From IMG/VR virus record IMGVR_UViG_3300028844_005666: DNA of 64,000 nt; one strand, given 5' to 3'. Position numbers and translations under genes: made by a program. The notes beneath the pieces were generated by a model. It did no database searches. It was not told where the DNA came from and saw nothing but the letters and a program-made list of their open reading frames with translations. This stretch comes from an uncultured virus (IMG/VR IMGVR_UViG_3300028844_005666). Lineage: Duplodnaviria; Heunggongvirae; Uroviricota; Caudoviricetes. Shown piece by piece: positions 39,901 through 49,974 of the stretch (position 1 is the first letter of the stretch; every line of letters starts with the position of its first letter).

Positions 39901-41536
39901 ATTTTCCAGTAGCATTTTGTACTTTAGCTAAAGATTTTTTCTCTACTTTAAAATTACCTGTTTTACTTCTAATGTTAGTTATGTTAGCCCAACTATAAGT
40001 AGTTGTAGCTGCAATAGTTGAATTAAATGAAGTATTAACAGAAGATCTAATTACTTGACCTTTTCTAAAAGGTTTGTTAAAATCAATAACTAATATTTCA
40101 GAATCAGTTACGTGATCAACATCTGCAGCTCCAGTGCTTTCTAACTCTACATAATAACCTTTAGTATCTCTAGTTGATTTAACATCATTACCTATACTTA
40201 AAGTTTTAGGAGGACCTTCTAGTCTTAACTTTTGGAAAAACTTTATATCGTATAAATGCAACTTAGGTTGATTTCTATCTTCTAATGCGTATGCTCTAGC
40301 ATAACCATAAGTACGACTATCTGAATCTTGTAATAATAATCTATTAGCATGTAAGTGAGGATCGTTACTAGTGGCGCTTGTAAAACCACCCATTGCAACA
40401 TCTGCTTCTTTATTTACATTAATATAAGGTACACCAGTTACTGCAATAGTTTGACTATTAACTCTATTAAATGATAACGGTTTTGGTACTTTTAGATTAG
40501 TATTAACTCTTTGATCAATTCTAAAACCTCTTACATAAGCTTTAATCTTTGATGAGTTAACATAGAATGCATCTTCGCTATCAGATCTACTATACTTTAT
40601 TGAAATAGGATCTACTGAAAAGTCACCATGACCTTCAAATGTTCTAGTTGCTAAAACATCTCCTATACCGCTATTAACGCCGCCTCTAGTACTTTGTTGT
40701 TGAGCAACACCGTTTTCAATAACCATAACTTGAAAAAAGTTAGGATCATTATTAGCAGTTAATGATCTAATACCAAACGATAAAGTCTGTTTTAGTCTAT
40801 GAGCTCCAGGAGCTCCTTCATTAGTACTACCTCTTGCATTATCAAATAAAGTAGCATCACTATTCGGTGTAATTAAACTTTCACTAACTGTAAATCCTAA
40901 TTTAACTGAAGGATTTTTATTTGTAGCATCAATTACAACTGTTTGTTTAGCTACTCTAGTAAAGAAACCTTGTATATAATATACACCTTCTTCAATATGA
41001 GCTAATGAACAATCAGATATAGCTGAATAAGTATTGTATATCTCAGCTGTTAAAGAAGGGTTATCTGCAACAGTAGCATATATGTATCCACCAGCTGTAG
41101 AAAAAGTAGTTGAAGTAATATATTTTAAGTAGATAGAACCTACTGAATTAGTACCTACTGTTCCAACAGGGTTAGATAATACTACAGCTTTAACAGAACC
41201 TGATGCATTTGAAATTACTTTACCTTCTAAAGTAGATAAATTTGCTAGTATAGCTCCTATTCTAGCTCCTGTAGAAGGAAATGAAATATTAGATGAGCCA
41301 GTTAAAGTCATCTTTTTACTTTGATTGTCAAAATCAATTTTAGCGCCTGTTACTCTGGAACCATCTTTAAACAGATAATTACCCATTCTTGTAATTTGTT
41401 GCTGTAAAATTGTTTGTGCTTGTGATAACTCTCTTGCTTGAACTGGAAAACCAGGTCTAAACAAAACTCTTAAAAAGTCTTTGTTATCATCAAAGTCATC
41501 AAAGTAAGGACTTATATTTAAATCTATATTGGCCAT
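36896..41536 (-). CDS. VrlC/DUF4815-like large structural protein, N-terminal part, ending in a Gly linker and KIVCT domain
   Basis: LNISPYFDDFD..KDFLRVLFRPGFPVQAREL, APGAHRLK, KRYTMKDIG.IEKRI.NLE. Confidence 0.8.
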   Translation of the reverse strand: MANIDLNISPYFDDFDDNKDFLRVLFRPGFPVQARELSQAQTILQQQITRMGNYLFKDGSRVTGAKIDFDNQSKKMTLTGSSNISFPSTGARIGAILANLSTLEGKVISNASGSVKAVVLSNPVGTVGTNSVGSIYLKYITSTTFSTAGGYIYATVADNPSLTAEIYNTYSAISDCSLAHIEEGVYYIQGFFTRVAKQTVVIDATNKNPSVKLGFTVSESLITPNSDATLFDNARGSTNEGAPGAHRLKQTLSFGIRSLTANNDPNFFQVMVIENGVAQQQSTRGGVNSGIGDVLATRTFEGHGDFSVDPISIKYSRSDSEDAFYVNSSKIKAYVRGFRIDQRVNTNLKVPKPLSFNRVNSQTIAVTGVPYINVNKEADVAMGGFTSATSNDPHLHANRLLLQDSDSRTYGYARAYALEDRNQPKLHLYDIKFFQKLRLEGPPKTLSIGNDVKSTRDTKGYYVELESTGAADVDHVTDSEILVIDFNKPFRKGQVIRSSVNTSFNSTIAATTTYSWANITNIRSKTGNFKVEKKSLAKVQNATGKLFGETQSAVKTARDDAKVFDNDFEVLFANPPVIASTSGSTAITPNTADTLFSTANANGDFTRTRIDDGNEISKKLKYVYLKIRNDRTSSINYGWSAQDRESTLLYSDIYDVYGISKSDANNTFSHFKQINITISGGGIIPQGSIVTGTTSKCRGLVALSNSDKNQSELTGSAGYHTSRSGTGSTEVLEIIKENATSNFIANEILLVTTPNDLDSFVNQVTYVSDRTAIIVDTLEKFGTDIIDNYFLDDGQRNNILETGRIIRKPLIRAPEVGDLTIFFSYFEDQDTTNKFYYNADSYSSAGFFATDPRFFEKPVDLGNKDRTKGIKLRDVIDFRKKVTTNNNTGQNTFHFNHKSITNRPFLLPGIGETGATPAAKFTMTYDEYLSRYDIYYVATKPYFGLKRFSSLAARNPQIPKFDSSLGMPIATALIPAAFKDVSEIITVPQDNKRYTMKDIGGIEKRIRNLEDAISLSFLETQALTDDTANRTKLGFIVDDFKTDKDDVIQDNDLSTSKASIADESLRPLSVPTYVETEILDSSAGALTEAGIDPYYFDQGFLTKTYTQSTFLDQPQASSSVRINPYAELTYKGYITLDPAREFNVDPAKKELTKFLIDRNGIVNDSEVSVNEFNLNVVPIPMSEPWSESWNDIGDASVTTSRSGNRRTVNTAQNQIRNIKQKQFVTRDTANSFNLEQVKIDRDAFCPSREIVFKAEGLRPDVSLIATFEYINVTDLCQMTDNSTGDVTYINTNKGTLTTDALGMIRGRFTIPPSTFKTGQLRFTLFDSTKTTIASAIYIVASKYEVGFLSKFRTDGVEDVIIRTEEQTVTSSSTEYLNYGGGGGGGDSWGDSPPSYNPSYMDMNYGDFGHGSHDDGSSSEGGGGGGGKIVCTMMNKMYNMPMYSNRVWMRYNKFKKLDDAYELGYHKLFLYFVKKMPTNTYIRTALEWFAKTRTHGLQEEMKGNYFTFNSLVLRLFRPIVWFTGKLVQKGYLKKANVRSIKRIQSNW

Positions 41537-41540
41537 GTTC

Positions 41541-41548
41541 TATTTATT
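41541..41548 (-). promoter_or_regulatory. Late promoter variant AATAAATA
   Basis: 4 nt before the ATG at 41536. Confidence 0.55.
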
Positions 41549-41549
41549 C

Positions 41550-43016
41550 CTAAAATGTCAATACAAAGTTGAATGATTCAATTTGATCTATTGCTCTTGT
41601 TATTTGTTGTGATCTTATATCAGATATAATAATATCTCCTGAGTTAAACAGTACTTCTCTATTAGCTACCGAAGAAATAGTTAAAGGATTACCAGTCAAA
41701 GAGCCTGTTGCATTTACTAATTGTAAGTTGTCTCCAGCTATGAATGAATCTTTATCTTTTGTTTTACCTAAGTTTACATAATAATATTTTTTCTTACTAG
41801 AATCTATAGCTACTATTCTTCCTACTTTACTTGTAGTACTAGTAAAATTATTACCAGATACAGTTCCTGTAGCAACAATATCACCAACGTTAAAAGTAGC
41901 ATTACCACCATCGCTGTCACTTGCTACAAAAGCTTTACATGCAATTAAAAAATCATTCTTAGCTACTTTACCTGTTGATCTATCAATAGGATTTCTCAAT
42001 AAGTTAACTTGTCTAAAATTATTTCTAGTAAATTTAGTAACGTCTCCATCAGGTGTATTTCTTACACTCACCATAACATTTTTTGCATTTAATTCTAATG
42101 GAGCATTAGTTCCGTGTCCTAATCCAGGAGCTACATTTACAGTTAAACCGTTAGGTGTATTAGATCCTATCTTAGCAATAGCACCTTTACTGTAACCTTC
42201 ACCTGGTGTAATTAAATTAAAAGTAAAATCAGAATCAGTCTTAGTTATAGATCCTGCAAATGTTGTTACTGGTGTTGTAGAAGTACTATTCTGTAAAGTT
42301 AGTGTAATGGTAGTTGGTATACTAGTCCAGTCACCGTAAATAGTTCTTAACGAAGTTTCGAAAGTTGAATCATTTATTGCAACATCATAAACTGTACCTA
42401 CTTTACTATCTCTTTGAACTTGAAATTGTTTAAATTTAGCTGTACCAGGATTTAAAGTTAAAGCTTCAGCTACAGATACTGCTTCCGGTATAGGAATATA
42501 ACTTTCAGTAACAAATCTTAGACTATCAGAAGCATCAATAGTGTACATATAAATCCAATGATAACCATCAGCAGTCGTAAACGGCAAGCTCGCGTCTCCA
42601 GAAGGTGACGCAGTTGAAGGGCTTCCCGGATAATGAAGTACCTTGTAAACATTTAATTTTGTAACCCCTTGAATGATTGACGTAACCATTGCGTAACTAT
42701 CTGCTATATAAGTTGTACCACTAGTCCAGTTTACTCTTGGGACAACTCTTGATACACCACCTTTAGCTAATTTATGAGCACTTATTGCATGCTGCATATA
42801 ATAAGTTTGGTCGTCATTATTAAAACCAGCTGATTCACCGCCAACAAATTCAGCGTCATCATCTATTCCATCACTATCAGTATATCTTTGTAAATCAGAA
42901 TCATTATTAAAACATATAAACGCATAATACTCATCATCATTTAAAGTATCTCTTAGATTGTCTCTAAAAGATTTTGCTACTAACACATTTAATCCTGTCG
43001 TAATTTTTGCTGTCAT
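41550..43016 (-). CDS. gp8: Baseplate wedge subunit
   Basis: VVPRVNWTSGTTY, TADGYHWIYMYTI, GHGTNAPLELNA, FRQVNLLRNP. Confidence 0.85.
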   Translation of the reverse strand: MTAKITTGLNVLVAKSFRDNLRDTLNDDEYYAFICFNNDSDLQRYTDSDGIDDDAEFVGGESAGFNNDDQTYYMQHAISAHKLAKGGVSRVVPRVNWTSGTTYIADSYAMVTSIIQGVTKLNVYKVLHYPGSPSTASPSGDASLPFTTADGYHWIYMYTIDASDSLRFVTESYIPIPEAVSVAEALTLNPGTAKFKQFQVQRDSKVGTVYDVAINDSTFETSLRTIYGDWTSIPTTITLTLQNSTSTTPVTTFAGSITKTDSDFTFNLITPGEGYSKGAIAKIGSNTPNGLTVNVAPGLGHGTNAPLELNAKNVMVSVRNTPDGDVTKFTRNNFRQVNLLRNPIDRSTGKVAKNDFLIACKAFVASDSDGGNATFNVGDIVATGTVSGNNFTSTTSKVGRIVAIDSSKKKYYYVNLGKTKDKDSFIAGDNLQLVNATGSLTGNPLTISSVANREVLFNSGDIIISDIRSQQITRAIDQIESFNFVLTF

Positions 43017-46000
43017 TAATCTGTTCTCGTTTTATAATACTGACTTGGACTTCTATAGTCACTATCACCTTCTAAAAGATTTAATTCTGTCTTATTTAAT
43101 GGGTCTAGATAAGTATTGGTCCAAACGATATTGTTTGGTTTAACCCAAAAATCTCTCTTAACAGGATTCTTTTCTTTCGCATACTGCGGTATTTTATTTA
43201 ATTGGTAGTAGAACTGTCTTACTTTATGACCTTCAGCAGCGTTTTGTATTGCAGAAGACCAACCTGCTATTTCCCAACCTTCTTTATTTACTCTTGCAAC
43301 ATGAATAGTATTCCATTTTTGTTGAAAAGCTTCAAGATCAAATAACTCCTGACTACCAATATTAAAACTAAATTCGTTATTTAGTTTATTAGCTTTAATA
43401 AAATCTTTTTGCATTTCTAAATTATACTCAAAATCTCTTTTAGTAATATTTTGTTTTACAATATCAGAATCATTGTCTTTTAATTTTTGATAATTAATAC
43501 CTTTAAAGAGATGTTTATCATCACTGTCATTAGAGTATCTACCATCACTATCATTTAAGTAGTCAAATCTAATAAATTTAATTCTATTAACTTTTTCTGA
43601 ATCAAAAAGCAAAAAGTTATTTTCTCCTGCTGGGAATGTAGTTTGACCTATTTCAATTATTTTTTCATCTGGAAATCTATCCAAAGTTTTATTTTTAAAA
43701 TAATCTTGATAGTGTTCACTATCTAAATTTACATCAGGGTATAACTTTGTAGTAAAAGTTTTTTCATGAACATTGATAGATCCATCTGAATCTTTTGTTT
43801 GAGTAGATCTAGGATCAATATAACCTAATGGTTCATAATCCCAAAAACTATTTCCAAATTCTGCATCATCTCCTTCTTCAGCTACTGATGATAAATTATC
43901 AGCTGATATACTTCTACCATCTGGTGTAGATATATTAAAGAAGTTAAAAGGGTTAGAAGCATATAATACTGAAGATGCAGTAAGTAAATTGGCTGAAGTA
44001 GTTGCGTTTATACTATGATCCATTGATCTATCAAAAGTCATTTTATGCTGTTCACCAGAATCGTACCCGCTACTTGATTTATTTGAAGTATCTGAAACGG
44101 CTGAATTAATGTTTAATTGAGCTAATAATCTAAATCCAGCTGGGTGTAAAATTTCTTTAACATACTCTCTCCACTGAGCAATAGATAAATTTGATTTTAA
44201 ACTGTATGAAAAATTATCAAAGAATAAATTATCTCTAATTACTCCACCTGATAAACTATTACTAAAACCTTTATCATCTAAAAATTGTTTACTAGTTTTT
44301 CCAGAACCTTCAAATGATAATGTACCGGTTGCTCTTTGATGGTTTGCAATAATATTTTTATAAGGAAAAGTTTCACTGACTACTGTTTCGTTAGTTTCTG
44401 TATCAACAGGAGCTAATCTTAAAACTTTATATCTCTGATTTTCAATAACTGATAAATCTGAATCAATAGGAAATCTATCAGTAGAAACAATTCTAGGTGC
44501 TTGAGTTAACTTAACAACATTTTTATTAGCTGTTACAGAAGTTATTCTTCCTATAAAATTAGTATCTTGAAATCTACCTACACTATCATTTAAACCTACA
44601 AAAGGTGTATTCTTAAGTTGTTTAAATGATATCTGTCTATACTTATCACTATCTTCATAACTAGTTAATTGGTCAAAATGAAAATTATCTAGACCTTTTA
44701 GTCTAGGGTCTTGTAAAAATATTCTTAAACCTTCAGAGTCACGGTTACCTTTATCATCACTGTCTATAACATCAAACCTGTAAGTACTATCTGATCCTAT
44801 TTGATTCTGTAATAAAGTTCTAAATGACTTAGATAAATTTTCACCAATAGTATGACTAAATTTAAATTCACTATCTACCCATTGATAATTTTCAAAATCA
44901 AACTTATAAGGTATTCTAACTCTTATATCTTCAGAGTCATTTGTAGTAAATTTTCTATTAGTAAACTTTACAGATATTCTAAAACTATCTGAATCATCTA
45001 AAAACCCATCAGAGTCAGCTTCAAATCTTTGAATTCTTACTGTTTGTCCTTCAGTGAGATCTGACTGACCATGAACAGTTATATTCATAGGAAATATAAC
45101 ATCTACACCATCTGAATCAAAGTAACCTTTATTAAAGAAACTAAAATTATTAATCTTACCTATTTGATTAGAGAAAGGAACTATCTCTGTATTAGTTCCG
45201 TTTAGAGATAATATTTTTACATCAGGTAACTCGTTAAAGTTACCACCTTCATTGATAGGAACTGTTACGTTTTGAAAATCGTTAGCAAGAAAACCAGTAC
45301 CTAGTTGTCCTAATCTAACGTTATTATTATCTATCTCAGTTATTCTTCCTGCGTTATCAACTCCTGTAATAATAGCACTACCACCAGAACCAGAACCAGA
45401 ACTTTTAGAAGTAAAAGTTATTGCATCTCCAACAACGAAATCTATTCCTCTATTTTTTACAGTTGCACCAGTAACAGGGCCTGCTTGTAAACCTTCTATA
45501 GGTACACTAAACTCTCTATTATTTTGAATTATTCTAACTTCATCTCCGGCACTATAACCACCTATATCACTATCATCTATTTTTATAGATTTAATTTGTC
45601 TTAAAACTGTACCAGTAATAAAGTTTGAATTATCTATAGTACTACTCACAACTATTTCAGAACCAACAGTTAAGTTTAATGCAGCTGCAGAAATTAGTTG
45701 CACTACAGATTTAGATCCTATAGTATTAACTTTAGTACCAGATAAACCTGTTCCTATTTCACTATCATCTTTTATTATGCTTGTTTTTGAAAAATCGATA
45801 TTGTTCAAAACTTTGTCTGAGTCATTTACTAATAAAGCTAATGTATCAAATGATATGTAGTTACCTTCGGAAGCATCTAGTATTTGCTGACCAGGTTGTA
45901 TTACATCTATCTCAGTATTGAATAATAATTTAAAAAGTAACTTAAAGCTATTAGGTGTTCCTTTACTTAGATAAACATCTCTTATTTTTTTAATTAAAAA

Positions 46001-46297
46001 TCTATCATCAGAACCTTCAGGTACAACTGCAATAGGTAGAATATCTCTTTTAAAATATTCTAAAAACTTAACAATAGTTTTATCTATGTCTCTATTTTCA
46101 GTTTGTCCTTGAATAAGATTATTAGCATTACCTAATTTCTTGTAAGCTGTTAATCTAGTAGTAGTTTCTGAATCATTAACTTTTTCAAGATATTCATAGT
46201 AAGCCTCCATAAATGATACTAAAAGAGGATTATTAGCTCTTATAAAGTCAGGAATCTGCTCACTGATATATGGAAATACTTTTGTATACTGAGTCAT
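43016..46297 (-). CDS. gp7: Baseplate wedge initiator
   Basis: FMEAYYEYLE, YLSKGT..SFKLLFKLLF, FSYSLKS..W...VK.ILHPAG; 13 DSD and 7 DSE. Confidence 0.8.
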   Translation of the reverse strand: MTQYTKVFPYISEQIPDFIRANNPLLVSFMEAYYEYLEKVNDSETTTRLTAYKKLGNANNLIQGQTENRDIDKTIVKFLEYFKRDILPIAVVPEGSDDRFLIKKIRDVYLSKGTPNSFKLLFKLLFNTEIDVIQPGQQILDASEGNYISFDTLALLVNDSDKVLNNIDFSKTSIIKDDSEIGTGLSGTKVNTIGSKSVVQLISAAALNLTVGSEIVVSSTIDNSNFITGTVLRQIKSIKIDDSDIGGYSAGDEVRIIQNNREFSVPIEGLQAGPVTGATVKNRGIDFVVGDAITFTSKSSGSGSGGSAIITGVDNAGRITEIDNNNVRLGQLGTGFLANDFQNVTVPINEGGNFNELPDVKILSLNGTNTEIVPFSNQIGKINNFSFFNKGYFDSDGVDVIFPMNITVHGQSDLTEGQTVRIQRFEADSDGFLDDSDSFRISVKFTNRKFTTNDSEDIRVRIPYKFDFENYQWVDSEFKFSHTIGENLSKSFRTLLQNQIGSDSTYRFDVIDSDDKGNRDSEGLRIFLQDPRLKGLDNFHFDQLTSYEDSDKYRQISFKQLKNTPFVGLNDSVGRFQDTNFIGRITSVTANKNVVKLTQAPRIVSTDRFPIDSDLSVIENQRYKVLRLAPVDTETNETVVSETFPYKNIIANHQRATGTLSFEGSGKTSKQFLDDKGFSNSLSGGVIRDNLFFDNFSYSLKSNLSIAQWREYVKEILHPAGFRLLAQLNINSAVSDTSNKSSSGYDSGEQHKMTFDRSMDHSINATTSANLLTASSVLYASNPFNFFNISTPDGRSISADNLSSVAEEGDDAEFGNSFWDYEPLGYIDPRSTQTKDSDGSINVHEKTFTTKLYPDVNLDSEHYQDYFKNKTLDRFPDEKIIEIGQTTFPAGENNFLLFDSEKVNRIKFIRFDYLNDSDGRYSNDSDDKHLFKGINYQKLKDNDSDIVKQNITKRDFEYNLEMQKDFIKANKLNNEFSFNIGSQELFDLEAFQQKWNTIHVARVNKEGWEIAGWSSAIQNAAEGHKVRQFYYQLNKIPQYAKEKNPVKRDFWVKPNNIVWTNTYLDPLNKTELNLLEGDSDYRSPSQYYKTRTD

Positions 46298-48105
46298 TAT
46301 ACACTTCTTGATTTATTCAATAGATCAATTAGATCTTTATTATCTTTCTCTACAACATTAATAACTGATGAGTCTAAACTTATTCTAAGAATATATTCAT
46401 TAGCTGATTGAACGTCGAATGAATCAGGTACGGCTGTAAATTGAATAATACCATCTGAAGGGTCAAAATCTTGTATGTTTATTTCACCAGAGTTGTAGTC
46501 AATTGTACCTGCTTTGTTATTTGCATATACTTCAATACCATCTAAGATATCAAACAATCTTATATTACCTTTACCATCATCGTTAAAACCTGAGTTAAAT
46601 GATCTACCTACTCTAGTAAATTGATTTGAAGATAGTACTCCACCTTTTTCAGAATTATATCCAGTGAATGGGTGAAATAAAGGGTTATTATATCTTATTT
46701 GATACTTATTAAGTATACCATTAGTTACTGTAGCATCATATCTTAAACTAGTTCTAGTATTAACAGATAGAATTGATTCATCTAATAGTTTTATTTCTTC
46801 TGCTAATTGTGATTCAAAAAAGCTTTGTTTAAATTGGCTTAATCTATCAGTATTAAATGTTGAGAATAATGCTAGTATATTTGTTTTAACTGTATCAACG
46901 CTCGTTGTTAGCTTAGCATTGTCAAAGATAACAACAGTATTAAGTACTAACTCTAAGAAAGAAGGATCGACGATTTCAGGAGTTACAGTTACTATGTTAA
47001 ACTTATTAAGAATATTATTTTTTATTGTTAGCTTAGCTGCATCGGTTAATTTATCACCTTGTTTAGGTTTTATAGATAAAAACACTTTACCTGGTTTACC
47101 TACTGTTTCTCCACCATAAACATTTATTGATTGAATGTCAGGAAAGTTTTTCTTAACTATGACTTCATAGTCATTTGTAGTTACAGCTCTAAACTGTGAT
47201 TGAAACCAATGAGGAGCATTGTCCTTTATTGATCTTTCAGTTTCTATTTCTGCACCACCGTAAGAGGTTCTAGTTGTTGTAATTGAAGCGTCACTTTTAT
47301 TTTGTATAGTAACAGAAAAAGCATTTATACCATTAGCTGTAGAACCATTTGTAGAAATATAAGAACAAATAATATCATCACCTGCAACTAACTTTTTACC
47401 TATAACTCCATTACCAAATCTTAGTCTATGTCTTTCATTATTTGTTTCTTCTACAAAGTAAATTAAACTATTAGCATCAGCATTTGTAACACCTTCAGTT
47501 TCAGGCATTACTTTTGTATATTTTACTCCATTAACACTTACATTAATAGTTTGAGTATCAACACCTGAATTTAAAATATCAAATGTAGGGAATGAATCTG
47601 TTGTATTCGAATGAATAAATCTTTGAGTAAGTTGAGTACCTTCATAGAATTCAACATCAATATTTTTTGTAACATCACCTGTATTGTATTGAACTACGTA
47701 GTCTTGAATAGTAAAGAAATTGTAACTTGTATTACCTGAAGTTGCAACTGCTAATGAACCAGCTGGAATAGTAAAAGAAGCTTCTGTACCAGTTCTTGGT
47801 ATAGCAATTGTTAGTTTTACTCTTGAACTAGTCGCAGAGGTTGGTATATAATTTAAAGTCTTAGCTAATGAAACTATATTTTCTCTTCTTTGAGCAGTAT
47901 CTAAAAACATTTCATTTATAGAAAAGTTAGCTGTAATATTATTAAGATGTGTATTGTAAGCTAGTACATCTATAATAGTGTTTAGTGCTGACCCTGTAAA
48001 ATTATAATCTTTAAACGTAGGATTGTCTTTATAATGATTAATGATATCTTCTTTAATATCATCAAAATCTAAATTAGCTACTACTGGTTTATTATTGCTA
48101 GCCAT
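46297..48105 (-). CDS. gp6: Baseplate wedge subunit
   Basis: LDFDDIK, DYNFTGSAL..IDVLAYNTH, RAVTTNDY, GKVFLSIKP. Confidence 0.93.
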   Translation of the reverse strand: MASNNKPVVANLDFDDIKEDIINHYKDNPTFKDYNFTGSALNTIIDVLAYNTHLNNITANFSINEMFLDTAQRRENIVSLAKTLNYIPTSATSSRVKLTIAIPRTGTEASFTIPAGSLAVATSGNTSYNFFTIQDYVVQYNTGDVTKNIDVEFYEGTQLTQRFIHSNTTDSFPTFDILNSGVDTQTINVSVNGVKYTKVMPETEGVTNADANSLIYFVEETNNERHRLRFGNGVIGKKLVAGDDIICSYISTNGSTANGINAFSVTIQNKSDASITTTRTSYGGAEIETERSIKDNAPHWFQSQFRAVTTNDYEVIVKKNFPDIQSINVYGGETVGKPGKVFLSIKPKQGDKLTDAAKLTIKNNILNKFNIVTVTPEIVDPSFLELVLNTVVIFDNAKLTTSVDTVKTNILALFSTFNTDRLSQFKQSFFESQLAEEIKLLDESILSVNTRTSLRYDATVTNGILNKYQIRYNNPLFHPFTGYNSEKGGVLSSNQFTRVGRSFNSGFNDDGKGNIRLFDILDGIEVYANNKAGTIDYNSGEINIQDFDPSDGIIQFTAVPDSFDVQSANEYILRISLDSSVINVVEKDNKDLIDLLNKSRSV

Positions 48106-48515
48106 TACCTTAACCTCTCTAATACAATATCGACTTCTGCATCAGTATTTTTTTCAATAAATGTGTATAAAATTCTTACGTATACTCTGTTAAAATCAAT
48201 TCCTGCTTCATCAACTCTAACTGATTGAACTTTAATACGAGGTTCGTAATTATCTAAGACGTTTTTAACAGCGTCTTCTATTGCAGAAGTTGTTATTGGA
48301 GATGCAGGCTCAAATAGTAGAGCATAAACATCGCTGCCTATTTCAGGATGAAAAGGTCTTTCGCCAAAATTAGTAGTTACTAAATTTTTGACCGATTGAT
48401 TAATTGCATTAGTATCAGTTTTAGTTCCTAAGTCTCTTGATAAAGCAAGAGAGTTGAAACTAAAATCTAGATCTTTATATACATTTTTTCTTTCAAATAC
48501 ATGTGGATTTGCCAT
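48105..48515 (-). CDS. gp25: Baseplate wedge/sheath initiator
   Basis: YKDLDFSF, SVKNLVTT..GERPFHPEIG, YEPRI. Confidence 0.93.
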   Translation of the reverse strand: MANPHVFERKNVYKDLDFSFNSLALSRDLGTKTDTNAINQSVKNLVTTNFGERPFHPEIGSDVYALLFEPASPITTSAIEDAVKNVLDNYEPRIKVQSVRVDEAGIDFNRVYVRILYTFIEKNTDAEVDIVLERLR

Positions 48516-48519
48516 AAAG

Positions 48520-48527
48520 TATTTATG
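48520..48527 (-). promoter_or_regulatory. Late promoter variant CATAAATA
   Basis: 4 nt before the ATG at 48515. Confidence 0.55.
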
Positions 48528-48539
48528 ACGGTTATCCTA

Positions 48540-49055
48540 TTAACGATAAAAGAGATGGTCACCTATTCTTACAATAAACTCTTTCTCTTTAGCCCATTTA
48601 GGATTAACATAAGTTGCATGATAATAATTAGCACCTTCTACTAAAGAATGATTAGCTCTTAAAGCATCAAATGCAGCAGTAAAAGAACTTTTCCATGTAT
48701 ATTCATATTTTATCTCGTCTGATTTACCATCACAGAACCAGCTAAACTGACATTTGTTTCTAACAGGTACGTCTTTACCATGTTGTTCTTTCCACCATTT
48801 ACTCATGACTGATTGCTTTACAACACCACAAATAGTATTAGGATACTTAGTTGAATTTAAACGATTAATCGTCACTTCTGCTACTGCGCGTTTACCAGCA
48901 TACGCTTGGTTCCCTGCTTCAAAATAAACATTTTGTACTAAACAATACATTTCAGAAGAAATATTGTTTAGCTCCTTCGGAGGAGTACTAATACTTATCT
49001 GAGAAGCCAACATTAGACTTATTAAATAATTAACTACCATACTATAGTTATACAA
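48540..49055 (-). CDS. SleB-like cell wall hydrolase (Hydrolase_2)
   Basis: NVYFEA, VTINR...YPNTICGVV, CQFSW, YHATYVNPKW, IGDHLFY. Confidence 0.9.
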   Translation of the reverse strand: MYNYSMVVNYLISLMLASQISISTPPKELNNISSEMYCLVQNVYFEAGNQAYAGKRAVAEVTINRLNSTKYPNTICGVVKQSVMSKWWKEQHGKDVPVRNKCQFSWFCDGKSDEIKYEYTWKSSFTAAFDALRANHSLVEGANYYHATYVNPKWAKEKEFIVRIGDHLFYR

Positions 49056-49074
49056 GTTTTACCAAAAAAGGTTG

Positions 49075-49082
49075 AATAAATA
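49075..49082 (+). promoter_or_regulatory. Late promoter variant AATAAATA
   Basis: 4 nt before the ATG at 49087. Confidence 0.55.
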
Positions 49083-49086
49083 AGAC

Positions 49087-49974
49087 ATGGCCAAGAATAA
49101 TAGAAGAATTTTCAATCAAATCGGAAGAGCTCAAGTCACTGGTTTAGTTGATAAAAATAATAATAGTTTATTAGCTGATTCTGAATCAAGTGGTATTGTA
49201 TCTTTTGATAACGTACGAATCAACGGAGAGCTAAAAGTATACGGTAATCAAACTACCGTTAATTCTGTAACATTAAATGTAGCAGATAAAAATATTGTTT
49301 TAGCAAAAGGTGCATATGATTCTGATTCATATGACAGTGTAGGTATTACTGTTGCAGATAGTGATGCATTATTTGAAAGAGGTACTTCTCCTACATTACA
49401 ATATAATGCTCAAAGAGATGCTTGGATTGCTAATAGAAAAATATTAGTTAATACTAACAAAGAAGCAGCTACAGATTCAGACGCAACAGTTACTATTGGT
49501 GGTTTTAGTACTCAATTAGCAGCTAATACTAAATTTGCTGACTTAGTTGCTAGAGCAGATTCAGATACAATTAAAGTATCTTCTCTTCAAACTTTTGTTA
49601 ATAAGTTAAGAATTGATTTAGATTCAGATACTTCTAAACTTCAGTCACTTGATACTACAATAGGTTCAATTAAAGCTAAATTAGATTCTGATAGTAACAG
49701 ACTACAAGCAATAAGTACTGAGTTTAAAGCTAGATTAGATTCTGATACAACTAGAATAAGTTCTATAAATCGTCAATTGAATATTAATACTGCTAACATT
49801 CAAAGTATTACTCTAGACTCAGATGGTGTTGTGAATATGTTCAATGAGCATTCATTAATTAACATTACTGCTGATTCAGATATTCTAAAGCCGCTCTTTA
49901 GAAAAGTTATGAACGACTTTACAATAAGAGATGTTGGTAATAATATAGTATTCAGCTTCTTCGACGAAACTTAA
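49087..49974 (+). CDS. Short fibre-like virion protein with LDSD coiled-coil repeats
   Basis: GNQTTVNSVTLNVADKNIVL fibre motif; 9 DSD. Confidence 0.65.
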   Translation: MAKNNRRIFNQIGRAQVTGLVDKNNNSLLADSESSGIVSFDNVRINGELKVYGNQTTVNSVTLNVADKNIVLAKGAYDSDSYDSVGITVADSDALFERGTSPTLQYNAQRDAWIANRKILVNTNKEAATDSDATVTIGGFSTQLAANTKFADLVARADSDTIKVSSLQTFVNKLRIDLDSDTSKLQSLDTTIGSIKAKLDSDSNRLQAISTEFKARLDSDTTRISSINRQLNINTANIQSITLDSDGVVNMFNEHSLINITADSDILKPLFRKVMNDFTIRDVGNNIVFSFFDET

